64,000 nucleotides of DNA. Source: a virus. Lineage: Duplodnaviria; Caudoviricetes. Positions 1-8,846 of the stretch are shown here, piece by piece. The position numbers and the translations under genes are program-made. Each line of letters opens with the position of its first letter. The stretch's first letter is position 1. The stretch is taken from IMG/VR virus record IMGVR_UViG_3300032213_001264, positions 1,555-65,554 of that record; one strand, written 5' to 3'. Under the pieces are notes generated by a model that saw nothing but the letters and a program-made list of their open reading frames with translations, made no database searches and was not told where the DNA came from.

Positions 1-1
1 C

Positions 2-1087
2 GATATGATTCAAGCAATTGCTGAAACTCAAGAGTGGGCAAAGAATCTAAGAATATACAATAAGCTACTTAAGATCAAGTCTACTTACATAGATCGTTTC
101 TTGAATGCAAGCGAGAATGGAATTTATTACTTCTACTACAAACAACACGGTACAGTATCAGGTCGTTATGGATCGGATGCACAACAGTTACCAAGACCTA
201 AAGAAGAAGGCGATGACGATCCAGTAATTATTGAATACACAAACTTGGTAAGAGCATTCTTTATTCCAAAAGAAGGCAATATATTTGTAGACTGCGACTA
301 TGAGTCTTTGGAGCCTCACGTATTTGCTCACGTTTCTGGTGACGATGGTCTTAAGGATATTTTTAGAAACAACTGGGATTTCTATTCCACTATTGCTATC
401 AAAACAGAAGGTCTTAACCAATATTCTGGAGACAAGAAAGCAGATAACTTTTTAAGAAAGCATGCACCTAAGAAAAGAAACACTGCAAAAGCATACGCAT
501 TAGGTATTCCTTACGGTATGGGTGCTTACGCTCTTGGTAAAAATATCAACGTTACGACCAAAGAAGCCGATAAATTAGTTAAAGGTTATTTAAGCGGATT
601 TCCAGAACTTGATAAGTGGATGAAGAGATCTGAAATGGAAGCTAAGACACTAGGCTATGTTAAAACTCAAGTAGGTCGAGTAAGACACTTGCCGAAAGTA
701 AAAGCTATCTACGAAACTATGGGTGATAATTTGCTTGATTGGAATTTCAAAAGAAAACTAGAGTACGAATTTGGTAAAGATCAAGTAAAGAATTTGAGTA
801 GAGACTTTATAAACGGTTTAAACAACGCTAAAAACGTACAGATCCAGGGACTATCTGCGTCTATCGTAAACAGAGCGGCAATGGAAATCAATAGAGAATT
901 TAAGAAGAGAGGAATAAATGGCTGGGTGTGCGCCCAAATACATGACCAGATAGTATGTGAAGTACCTAAAGAACACGCTGAAGAAGCTGCTAAGATTGTA
1001 CAAGACAAAATGGAAAATACTACAAAGTTAAGTATTGCATTAAAAGCACCACCGATGATTGCCCACAACCTAAGAGACGGTCACTAA
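2..1087 (+). CDS. polA: Family A DNA polymerase, C-terminal part (5' end lies outside the window)
   Basis: Motifs TVSGRYGS, DCDYESLEPHVFAH (motif A), RNTAKAYALGIPYG (motif B), QIHDQIV (motif C); frame open to the window edge. Confidence 0.95.
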   Translation, partial: DMIQAIAETQEWAKNLRIYNKLLKIKSTYIDRFLNASENGIYYFYYKQHGTVSGRYGSDAQQLPRPKEEGDDDPVIIEYTNLVRAFFIPKEGNIFVDCDYESLEPHVFAHVSGDDGLKDIFRNNWDFYSTIAIKTEGLNQYSGDKKADNFLRKHAPKKRNTAKAYALGIPYGMGAYALGKNINVTTKEADKLVKGYLSGFPELDKWMKRSEMEAKTLGYVKTQVGRVRHLPKVKAIYETMGDNLLDWNFKRKLEYEFGKDQVKNLSRDFINGLNNAKNVQIQGLSASIVNRAAMEINREFKKRGINGWVCAQIHDQIVCEVPKEHAEEAAKIVQDKMENTTKLSIALKAPPMIAHNLRDGH

Positions 1088-1111
1088 TATTTATTTATAT
1101 AAAAACACAAT

Positions 1112-1522
1112 ATGGCATACTCAGATAAGGTAATAGACCACTACGAAAACCCAAAGAACGTAGGCACTTTAGACAAGTCGAAAAAGAACGTGGGTACAGG
1201 ATTGGTTGGAGCACCAGAGTGTGGTGACGTTATGAGACTTCAGATAGAAGTTATCGACGACATTATTGTTGACGCCAAATTTAAAACATTTGGTTGCGGT
1301 TCTGCTATTGCTTCCTCTTCGGTAGCCACAGAGTGGTTAAAGGGCAAGACATTAGACGAAGCAGTAACGATAGACAATATGGATTTGGTAGAAGAGTTAA
1401 ACCTTCCACCGGTTAAAATTCACTGTTCAGTATTAGCTGAAGATGCTATTAAATCTGCGATAAACGATTATAGACAAAAACAAGGGTTGGAACAATTAGT
1501 TTTTGAAGAATCACACATATAA
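1112..1522 (+). CDS. iscU: Fe-S cluster scaffold IscU
   Basis: MAYSDKVIDHYENPKNVG, GAPECGD, FGCGSAIASSS, LPPVKIHCSVLAEDA. Confidence 0.97.
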   Translation: MAYSDKVIDHYENPKNVGTLDKSKKNVGTGLVGAPECGDVMRLQIEVIDDIIVDAKFKTFGCGSAIASSSVATEWLKGKTLDEAVTIDNMDLVEELNLPPVKIHCSVLAEDAIKSAINDYRQKQGLEQLVFEESHI

Positions 1523-1530
1523 TATGTTTA

Positions 1531-1854
1531 ATGGTAACTGTATCAGAAACGGCCGCTAAGAAATTAAATTCTTTAATTGAGGAAAGTAGATTCAAAACTC
1601 CATTCGTTAGAGTGGCGGTTAAAGGTGGTGGCTGTAGTGGATTGTCTTACGACCTTTCGTTTGATACAGAACAGCATCCATCAGATACTTTAGCAGAAGA
1701 CAAAGGCGTACAGATACTAATAGATATGAAATCTTTGCTATATCTATATGGTACAGAATTGGATTTTTCGGATGGATTAAATGGCAAAGGGTTTCAGTTT
1801 ATAAACCCAAATGCAAGTAGGACTTGCGGCTGTGGTGAAAGTTTCGCACTTTAA
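1531..1854 (+). CDS. iscA: Fe-S cluster assembly accessory protein (IscA/HesB family)
   Basis: GGGCSGLSY and NPNASRTCGCGESF motifs. Confidence 0.95.
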   Translation: MVTVSETAAKKLNSLIEESRFKTPFVRVAVKGGGCSGLSYDLSFDTEQHPSDTLAEDKGVQILIDMKSLLYLYGTELDFSDGLNGKGFQFINPNASRTCGCGESFAL

Positions 1855-1900
1855 ACTTAAGTTTTATTATCATCTAAAAATGGTATATATTTATAGAAAA

Positions 1901-1920
1901 TAAGGACCGGTAGGCCTTTA
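1901..1920 (+). repeat. Left arm of inverted repeat enclosing hsp20
   Basis: TAAGGACCGGTAGGCCTTTA is complementary to AAAGAGGCCTACCGCCCTTA at 2417-2436; 10-bp perfect core CGGTAGGCCT/AGGCCTACCG. Confidence 0.75.
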
Positions 1921-1970
1921 GTTACGAATGTTAAATTTAATAATTAACCAAAACACACAGGAGGTGTAAA

Positions 1971-2411
1971 ATGACACAATTAACCCATTGGGGCGTCGAT
2001 CCCTTTGATCTTCTATGGAAGAATCTATTCGACCAAAATTCTAATTTCTCTACAATCGCAGAGAAAATATCTTATCCACTAGACATTTACGAGAAACAAG
2101 ACAGTATCGTATTCGAACTTGCAGCAGTAGGTTTGGACTACGAAGACATTGATATCGAAGTGCAAGGCGATATTCTTCGCATCAAGTATGCAAAAACAAA
2201 AGAAGAAGAACCTATAACAAATTTTATCCATAAAGGAATAGCACGAAGATCTTTTGATTTGGCTTGGAAAATTGCTTCCAAGTTCGATCTAACTTCTTTG
2301 GAAGCTACCATCGATAAAGGACTATTAAAAATAGAAATTCCATTATCTGATGAAAGTTTACCAAAGAAAATTCAAATCAAACCAAAGACGTTACTTCAAG
2401 TTAACGCCTAA
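1971..2411 (+). CDS. Small heat shock protein (Hsp20/alpha-crystallin family)
   Basis: YPLDIYE, ELAAVG, HKGIARRSF, GLLKIEIP; preceded by SD AGGAGGT. Confidence 0.93.
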   Translation: MTQLTHWGVDPFDLLWKNLFDQNSNFSTIAEKISYPLDIYEKQDSIVFELAAVGLDYEDIDIEVQGDILRIKYAKTKEEEPITNFIHKGIARRSFDLAWKIASKFDLTSLEATIDKGLLKIEIPLSDESLPKKIQIKPKTLLQVNA

Positions 2412-2416
2412 AAAAT

Positions 2417-2436
2417 AAAGAGGCCTACCGCCCTTA
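2417..2436 (+). repeat. Right arm of inverted repeat enclosing hsp20
   Basis: Complementary to 1901-1920. Confidence 0.75.
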
Positions 2437-2439
2437 GTT

Positions 2440-2640
2440 ATGTTTAGCATCTGTAAAAATTTCATCAAAGTAAATCAAGATCTATTTCAAGTGCTTAAAC
2501 AGTACGCTGAAGATAGAGTTAATAACCCAGAAGTTAATGTGGAAAACATTAAACAGTGGTTAGGTGCTGACACCACATTCAAAAAAGATGGAATGTTATA
2601 TTTTTGTATTAAAATTGAAGAACCTGAAATAATAAATTAA
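2440..2640 (+). CDS. Hypothetical protein
   Basis: 66 aa ORF tightly packed between hsp20 and groES. Confidence 0.7.
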   Translation: MFSICKNFIKVNQDLFQVLKQYAEDRVNNPEVNVENIKQWLGADTTFKKDGMLYFCIKIEEPEIIN

Positions 2641-2643
2641 AAA

Positions 2644-2937
2644 ATGAGTAAATTAAATCCGCTCAACGGTTTTCTAGTATTGAAACCAGTTGAAGAACAA
2701 GAACAAACCTACGGAAACATCGTAATTCCAGACTTAGGTAAAGAGCGTCCTGAAATGGGCGAAGTAGTAGCTACGAGCGAAACTTACAATTGGCACACAG
2801 ACACTTATGTTAAATCTACTGTAGAAGTAGGACAGAAAGTTTTAATTCCTAAAATGGGATCTATGAAAATCACCATCGAAGGTGAAGATTATTTCATCGC
2901 TAAAGACACAGAAATCTTAGCTGTATTAAAAGACTAA
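2644..2937 (+). CDS. groES: Co-chaperonin GroES
   Basis: LNPLNGFLVLKP, GNIVIPD, GEVVA, VGQKVL, EILAV; directly upstream of groEL. Confidence 0.93.
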   Translation: MSKLNPLNGFLVLKPVEEQEQTYGNIVIPDLGKERPEMGEVVATSETYNWHTDTYVKSTVEVGQKVLIPKMGSMKITIEGEDYFIAKDTEILAVLKD

Positions 2938-2939
2938 TT

Positions 2940-4559
2940 ATGAGTACAACAAAAAATATAAACGGAACAGAACTTAAAGAAAAGTTACTTTCTGGTATTG
3001 AGAAATTAAACTTAGCTGTATCTTCTACATTAGGACCAGGCGGTAGAACGGTTTTAATTAGAGAACAAAACGGTGAAGTTAAAGTAACCAAAGACGGCGT
3101 AACAGTAGCTAAAGCATTCCATAAATTGGAAGACGATGTTGAAGACTTAGGCGCACAGTTAGTAAAGCAAGTTAGTATTAAATCTGCAGTTGAAGCTGGA
3201 GACGGTACAACTACTTCTACTTTATTAGCAACCGAAATGGTTAGAGAAGGATTGAAAGAAATTCGTCAAGGTTCTAACGCAGTAGAGATCAAAAACTCAA
3301 TCGATAAAACAGTTAAACAAGTTATCGAATACATTAAGAAAATATCTATCGACATCGATTCAGAAGAACAAGTAAAACAAGTTGCTACTATTTCTGGTAA
3401 TAACGATCCAGAAGTTGGTAACCTTATTGCATCTGCAGTAGAAAAAGTAGGTCGTGAAGGAGTAATTACAATCGAAGAATCTAAATCTGGAGAAACTAGT
3501 TTAGAAGTAGTTGAAGGTATGCAATTTGATAGAGGTTACAAATCTCCTTATTTCGTTACCAACAACACAACGATGCAAGCGGTATTAGAAGATCCTTACA
3601 TTTTCTTATACGATGGTAGAATCTCTTCAGCACAAGAGTTATTGCAAGTTTTAACTAAAGCAAACTCTGAGAACAAACCATTGTTAATCGTAGCTGAAGA
3701 TATCGGTGAAGAAGCATTAGCAACTTTAATCGTTAACAAGATGAGAGGCATCGTTCAAGTTTGTGCAGTTAAAGCACCGGACTTCGCAGAGAGAAAAACG
3801 CTGATCTTAGAAGATATTGCAATCTTAACAGGAGGTGCAGTCGCTTCTAAAGACAAAGGTCACAAATTAGATAAATTAACTGGAGCTCAAATCAACGAGT
3901 TCTTAGGTAGAGCTAGATTGGTTACGGTAACTAAAGACGAAACTACTATCATCGATGGCAAAGGCGTTGAAACTGTAATTGAAGCAAGAGCAGAAGAGAT
4001 CAAAGAGCAAATCGAAAAGTCTACTTCGTTCTACGAGAAAGAGAAGTTACAAGAGAGATTGGGCAAATTAGTAGGCGGAGTTGCAATCATCAACGTCGGC
4101 GGTAATTCAGATATCGAAATTAGAGAAAAGAAAGATAGAGTTGAAGACGCATTATATGCAACCAAAGCAGCGTTAGCAGAAGGTATCGTACCAGGCGGAG
4201 GTTCAGCTTTATTCCAAGCGTCTATTCAACACCATCCAGAAGAGACTATCCACGATGCTATTGCTTATGGAATTGTTCAGAAAGCGATTCAAAGTCCATT
4301 CAAGAAAATCTTAGAAAACGCGGGAGTTCAGGATTGGTACACAAAAATTCCTAACGAAGGCGACGTATACGATGCAAAGAATCACAAGATTGTTAATGCT
4401 TTAGAAGCTGGTATTATTGACCCTACGAAAGTAGTTATCACCGCACTTAGAAACGCTGCTTCAGTAGCAGGCACTATTTTAACTACTGAATCTGTAGTAT
4501 TCGAAAAGAAAGACAAAGAAGAAAAAACTCAAGACCCAATGATGGGTATGGGAATGTAA
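2940..4559 (+). CDS. groEL: Chaperonin GroEL
   Basis: [44 protein letters not shown]-terminal MMGMGM. Confidence 0.98.
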   Translation: MSTTKNINGTELKEKLLSGIEKLNLAVSSTLGPGGRTVLIREQNGEVKVTKDGVTVAKAFHKLEDDVEDLGAQLVKQVSIKSAVEAGDGTTTSTLLATEMVREGLKEIRQGSNAVEIKNSIDKTVKQVIEYIKKISIDIDSEEQVKQVATISGNNDPEVGNLIASAVEKVGREGVITIEESKSGETSLEVVEGMQFDRGYKSPYFVTNNTTMQAVLEDPYIFLYDGRISSAQELLQVLTKANSENKPLLIVAEDIGEEALATLIVNKMRGIVQVCAVKAPDFAERKTLILEDIAILTGGAVASKDKGHKLDKLTGAQINEFLGRARLVTVTKDETTIIDGKGVETVIEARAEEIKEQIEKSTSFYEKEKLQERLGKLVGGVAIINVGGNSDIEIREKKDRVEDALYATKAALAEGIVPGGGSALFQASIQHHPEETIHDAIAYGIVQKAIQSPFKKILENAGVQDWYTKIPNEGDVYDAKNHKIVNALEAGIIDPTKVVITALRNAASVAGTILTTESVVFEKKDKEEKTQDPMMGMGM

Positions 4560-4578
4560 TAAAATAAAACAATAAGTT

Positions 4579-5514
4579 ATGTTAGTAGGACTGGTATCAA
4601 TGATGGGAAATGTAGGCGCTACTTTGAATAGTCAAGGCGGTGGATACGGACTCATCCAAACAAAAATGTTATTTGACGAGCATCCTCACGATACTGTAGA
4701 CGTAAATCCTCCACCATCAACGTGGGGGAATTACGATCTGCTTTATATCTGTGAAGGAGTTAATTTCGTAGCAGGATCTTTTAATGTTCCTGGTGGACCT
4801 CAACCACTTCATACAGAAAAAATGAAAGCTATCGCAGATTTTAAGGGCGAGCTTAGATATTCCAACAGTATATTCGACTTCAATAAATTCAATCAGAGAT
4901 TAAAGATCGAAGCCACTTTTCCAGAAACGCATAGAGTTTCTTTTTACAATACTTTTTTAGCTCACGGTTTAGAAAGTAGAAAAGCAGTTATTGGAGATTC
5001 TCATGCTTTATCGGTATGGAAACCTCAACACACTTTAGATTTTACCGCTGGTAGAACTTTGCACGGATTCTTAAAAAGAGAAAGCGTAGAACAAATCAAT
5101 AATAGATTTGACGAAGTTACTTTGTATTTTGGTAATATCGATTTACGTTTTCACTTAATGAGACAAGAAAATCCACAACAAGCTACAGCAGATCTATTTA
5201 ATCGTTACGTAGAGTTTGCAAAACAATTAAAGAAAGCAACTTTAGTAGAATTATTACCAGTAGAACACGAATCAAGAAAAATTCCTGGAACTGGTTTGTA
5301 CAAGAAGCAACCATTCTTTGGTACAAGAGAAGAGAGAATGCAAGTAAGAGAAATTGCTAACGAAATTATTAACAATTCAGGATTAGAAGTAATTCAATGG
5401 CCATCAGAGTGGATAGACACAGACGGTACTAAGATGTTAGATATATTAGAAATGAAGCAGTCAGTCCATTTAAGACCAAAGCACTATCCATACCTTACAG
5501 AAATAACAAAATAA
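4579..5514 (+). CDS. SGNH/GDSL-like hydrolase-fold phage protein
   Basis: IGDSH, GRTLHG, FGNID, SVHL match the SGNH block I/II/III/V order. Confidence 0.55.
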   Translation: MLVGLVSMMGNVGATLNSQGGGYGLIQTKMLFDEHPHDTVDVNPPPSTWGNYDLLYICEGVNFVAGSFNVPGGPQPLHTEKMKAIADFKGELRYSNSIFDFNKFNQRLKIEATFPETHRVSFYNTFLAHGLESRKAVIGDSHALSVWKPQHTLDFTAGRTLHGFLKRESVEQINNRFDEVTLYFGNIDLRFHLMRQENPQQATADLFNRYVEFAKQLKKATLVELLPVEHESRKIPGTGLYKKQPFFGTREERMQVREIANEIINNSGLEVIQWPSEWIDTDGTKMLDILEMKQSVHLRPKHYPYLTEITK

Positions 5515-5532
5515 TTATTATAAACAACAAAC

Positions 5533-6225
5533 ATGAAAAAAATGTCACTCATAGTAGTCAGTCTACTAACAGTATTATTCAGCTGTAACACACAAAATGA
5601 AGCGGATCAAGAAGTTAAAGTCGGCGAAGTAGTAGCAATTCATCAAGGCTCTTTTGCATTTTGCGGTGCATCAGCAGCAGTTCCTACTGGAAAAACGATT
5701 ATCGTTCAAGGCGTGGAATATAAAGAAGGATGTGCAGTATGTCCAGTATTAACAGGACCGTCTCTTTCTAATTTAGCCATGCAAGGCGTTAGCGGAACTT
5801 ACGGAAAATTTAACGTAGGCGAAAACCCACAAACTCCAGACGGAACTGATAAAACAGTATGGTCTTTCTTTTGGTATTACGATTCAACAACTACAGTACC
5901 ACAATTTGATCCATCGACAAAAGAGTGGCAATTATTACCACCAGTAAATCGTATGTTTGTTATAAACTTAGATTCTCCAAGTACAAGCGAAAGTAATATG
6001 TTCGCAATGCCAGGAATTATCTTCGATACAACAGATGCAGGTATTGTATTAGCAAAAGTATACGGTCCACTTAACGAAGCAGCAGTTCCATTACGTAAAG
6101 CCGTTCCAGTTAAATCAGGAATGACATCTGTAACCGCAGCTAAAGAAGGATTTCCTTACCCAGTAGGAACACCAGTTCCTGTTAGCGCATTAAGTAAGGA
6201 ACTTCAAAAAACTAAAAAATACTAA
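5533..6225 (+). CDS. Putative lipoprotein of unknown function
   Basis: Basic N-terminus, hydrophobic stretch, lipobox LFSC. Confidence 0.7.
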   Translation: MKKMSLIVVSLLTVLFSCNTQNEADQEVKVGEVVAIHQGSFAFCGASAAVPTGKTIIVQGVEYKEGCAVCPVLTGPSLSNLAMQGVSGTYGKFNVGENPQTPDGTDKTVWSFFWYYDSTTTVPQFDPSTKEWQLLPPVNRMFVINLDSPSTSESNMFAMPGIIFDTTDAGIVLAKVYGPLNEAAVPLRKAVPVKSGMTSVTAAKEGFPYPVGTPVPVSALSKELQKTKKY

Positions 6226-6228
6226 TTA

Positions 6229-7116
6229 ATGTTTTTAAACAAAGCAACAGATGAATCTAATTTAGACATGTCAGATGGTAGAGACTTAAACTACTATCTT
6301 GACATGACTAAAGATTACAAACACGATTTTACATTTAAAGTAAAAGACGTAGAAGGCTTTAAAGTTGTCGATGATGGAGAATTCCAATTCGGAACTAAAG
6401 CAAAAATGGCAGACTTCTTCATATCTCAAGTAAAAGAAGATGCGATGGTTTATGTTGCGCCAAGAACAGGTTACGCTCCTTATTCTTTGTGTCATTTAGC
6501 AAAGAAGTACAATAAAAAATTGTATCTAGTTATGCCAGCTTCTAAAGAGGCATCAGAGCACCAGTTAACAGCAATAGAAAATGGTGGAATTCCAATGTTT
6601 ACTAGAATACCAGCAATGCCAACTGCAAATATTTGGGCAAAGCAATTCGCAGAAAAAATTGGAGGAAAGTATTTGCCTTTTGGATTAAAGCACGAAATGG
6701 TGGTTGCCGGTGGAGTTAGAGTATTTTACGATAACTTCAAAGACACCGATATTGAAACCATGTGGAGTGTATTCTCTACTGGAGTTTTATCTCGCACTTT
6801 ACAAATCGCACTACCAAAAACTAAATTTAATGCTGTGGCCGTGGCAAGAAACATTCAAGAAGGAGAACTTGGTAGAGCCAAATTCTACACTCACGACAGA
6901 GCGTTCTTAAAACCTTCAAGGATACAGACTCCTTTTGATTCTATACAAACATACGATGCAAAAGGTTGGGAACTCCTAAAGCAACATGGGCAGCAAGGGG
7001 ATTGGTTTTGGAATGTAGCAGGAAATATGCCTAAACCCACAATAAAACCTAGTGACATTGATTCAAGTCGCGAGTGGGGAGACTTTAAAGATTTTGAAAA
7101 GCACTACAAAGATTAG
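6229..7116 (+). CDS. PLP-dependent enzyme (fold type II), phage DNA-hypermodification type
   Basis: GTK (PLP lysine), STG phosphate loop, YDAKGW, WFWNVAG; resembles PLP enzymes of phage base-modification clusters. Confidence 0.7.
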   Translation: MFLNKATDESNLDMSDGRDLNYYLDMTKDYKHDFTFKVKDVEGFKVVDDGEFQFGTKAKMADFFISQVKEDAMVYVAPRTGYAPYSLCHLAKKYNKKLYLVMPASKEASEHQLTAIENGGIPMFTRIPAMPTANIWAKQFAEKIGGKYLPFGLKHEMVVAGGVRVFYDNFKDTDIETMWSVFSTGVLSRTLQIALPKTKFNAVAVARNIQEGELGRAKFYTHDRAFLKPSRIQTPFDSIQTYDAKGWELLKQHGQQGDWFWNVAGNMPKPTIKPSDIDSSREWGDFKDFEKHYKD

Positions 7117-7152
7117 CTTTATTATTAGCCCTTTATTTCTTATATTTACTTC

Positions 7153-7458
7153 ATGAATATACTACTTAAAGCAAATGAAATCGTATTCGAAAGAAACGAA
7201 GAAAAGGAGCGTATGTATGGCCCTTTTCAAGAAGGCATGCAAGAAGCAGCCAAGATTGCATCTTTATTATCAAGAAAGGAGATCACTACAGTTGATATGT
7301 ACAATTGTATGTTAGCCCTAAAGTTATCAAGAGCATCTTATAATTACAAAGAAGACAATTATTTAGATTTAGTTGCGTATATTGCATCACTAAACGACTA
7401 TCAAAACAATGTACAGAATGAACATTCAAAAGACAAGAAACGTAAAAACACCAAGTAG
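7153..7458 (+). CDS. Small all-helical phage protein (DUF6378-like)
   Basis: ER..YG, LKLSR, KEDNYLDLVAY pattern; sits in a nucleotide-metabolism cluster. Confidence 0.6.
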   Translation: MNILLKANEIVFERNEEKERMYGPFQEGMQEAAKIASLLSRKEITTVDMYNCMLALKLSRASYNYKEDNYLDLVAYIASLNDYQNNVQNEHSKDKKRKNTK

Positions 7459-7846
7459 AGGTACAAGCTTATCAGCAGGTATCGATTTCTACGTACCAGA
7501 AGATTTTCAAGAAACGACCATCCACTCAGGAGAATCAGTTCTAATTCCTTCAGGTATCAGAGCACACGTTCCATCAGGTTATGCACTCATCGCATTTAAC
7601 AAATCAGGAGTCGCGACTAAGCAAAATTTATCAGTAGGAGCTTGTGTAGTAGACGAAGATTACGAAGGAGAAATTCATTTACACCTAATCAATGTAGGAA
7701 GATCTCATACGACTATTAAACCAGGACAAAAGCTAACTCAATTTATTTTAATTCCTGTAAGTTATATGGATGTACATGTATTAGAAGAATTACCAGATAG
7801 AAACACAGAGCGTGGAGCTGGTGGATTTGGATCAACAGGGTTATAA
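7418..7846 (+). CDS. dut: dUTP diphosphatase (trimeric)
   Basis: SAGIDF, NKSG, VVDEDYEGEI, QFIL, RGAGGFGSTG. Confidence 0.93.
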   Translation: MNIQKTRNVKTPSRGTSLSAGIDFYVPEDFQETTIHSGESVLIPSGIRAHVPSGYALIAFNKSGVATKQNLSVGACVVDEDYEGEIHLHLINVGRSHTTIKPGQKLTQFILIPVSYMDVHVLEELPDRNTERGAGGFGSTGL

Positions 7847-7856
7847 AAAAAATGAT

Positions 7857-8435
7857 ATGAAAAATTTAATAGTAATAGGTCATCCCGATAAAAGAAGTTT
7901 CTGCTACAATGGTATCATGAAAACTATCAAAGAAACTTTAAAATCTAATAAAGAGGAAGTGTGCGTAATTGATCTTTACAAAGACAATATAACGTTTGAT
8001 TTCTCAAAAGATAAAGTTCAAAAATATAAAGACCTTATTACGTGGGCTGATAGAATTTATTTCATATCTCCTGTTTGGTGGTTCAGATGCACTCCTGCAT
8101 TAGAATCATTCTTTGATCAAATATTCACACCAGGTTTTGCATATAATTTTAAACCAATAACAAAAGTTTACGGCATACCAAAACCTTTATTAGGCAACAA
8201 AAAAGTTAGAACATATTTAACTCACGGTGCTCCAGCATTACCAGTATTAATTTTGTACTTAAATTCGGTTAAATTAAGATTGGTTATGGGTGTTTATTCT
8301 TTTGTATTCGGTTGGTTTAAAACAAAAACAAGACAGTTTTGGAGTGTGCCTTTTATTTCTCAAAATGAAAGATTAGTGTATTTGGAAAAAGTAAAAGAGG
8401 ACATTAAAAAAGACCTAAAGTTTTTTACAAAATAA
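7857..8435 (+). CDS. Flavodoxin-like NAD(P)H-dependent oxidoreductase (NQO/KefF family)
   Basis: GHPDKRSF, WADRIYFISPVWWF, PALESFFDQIFTPGFAY. Confidence 0.85.
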   Translation: MKNLIVIGHPDKRSFCYNGIMKTIKETLKSNKEEVCVIDLYKDNITFDFSKDKVQKYKDLITWADRIYFISPVWWFRCTPALESFFDQIFTPGFAYNFKPITKVYGIPKPLLGNKKVRTYLTHGAPALPVLILYLNSVKLRLVMGVYSFVFGWFKTKTRQFWSVPFISQNERLVYLEKVKEDIKKDLKFFTK

Positions 8436-8438
8436 TAA

Positions 8439-8846
8439 ATGAAACAACTAAAATTAGACGAAGTATTTATCAACATTGCAGCAGAAATAGGCTCTTTGTC
8501 GCACTGCACCAGATCAAAAGTAGGTGCAGTGTTGGTGAAGGACGGTAATGTAATAAGTTTTGGGTACAATGGTACTCCAGCTGGAATGGACAATGGTTGT
8601 GAAGAAAATAATGTTACCAAAGACGAAGTCATTCACGCGGAAATGAATGCCATATTGAAAGCGGCCAAAAGTGGTAACGCAGTAGACGGTAGTACCCTAT
8701 ACTTAAGTTTATCCCCGTGTCAAAATTGTTGTAAATTGATTATACAATCAGGTATTAGTCGCGTAGTCTACTTAGAAGATTACAGAGACATATCTCCTGT
8801 TATATTTTTATCTAAATTTATACAAGTAGACAAGCATGTTATATAA
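8439..8846 (+). CDS. dCMP deaminase
   Basis: SHCTRSKVGAV, GYNGTP, HAEMNA, SPCQNC zinc motifs. Confidence 0.92.
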   Translation: MKQLKLDEVFINIAAEIGSLSHCTRSKVGAVLVKDGNVISFGYNGTPAGMDNGCEENNVTKDEVIHAEMNAILKAAKSGNAVDGSTLYLSLSPCQNCCKLIIQSGISRVVYLEDYRDISPVIFLSKFIQVDKHVI

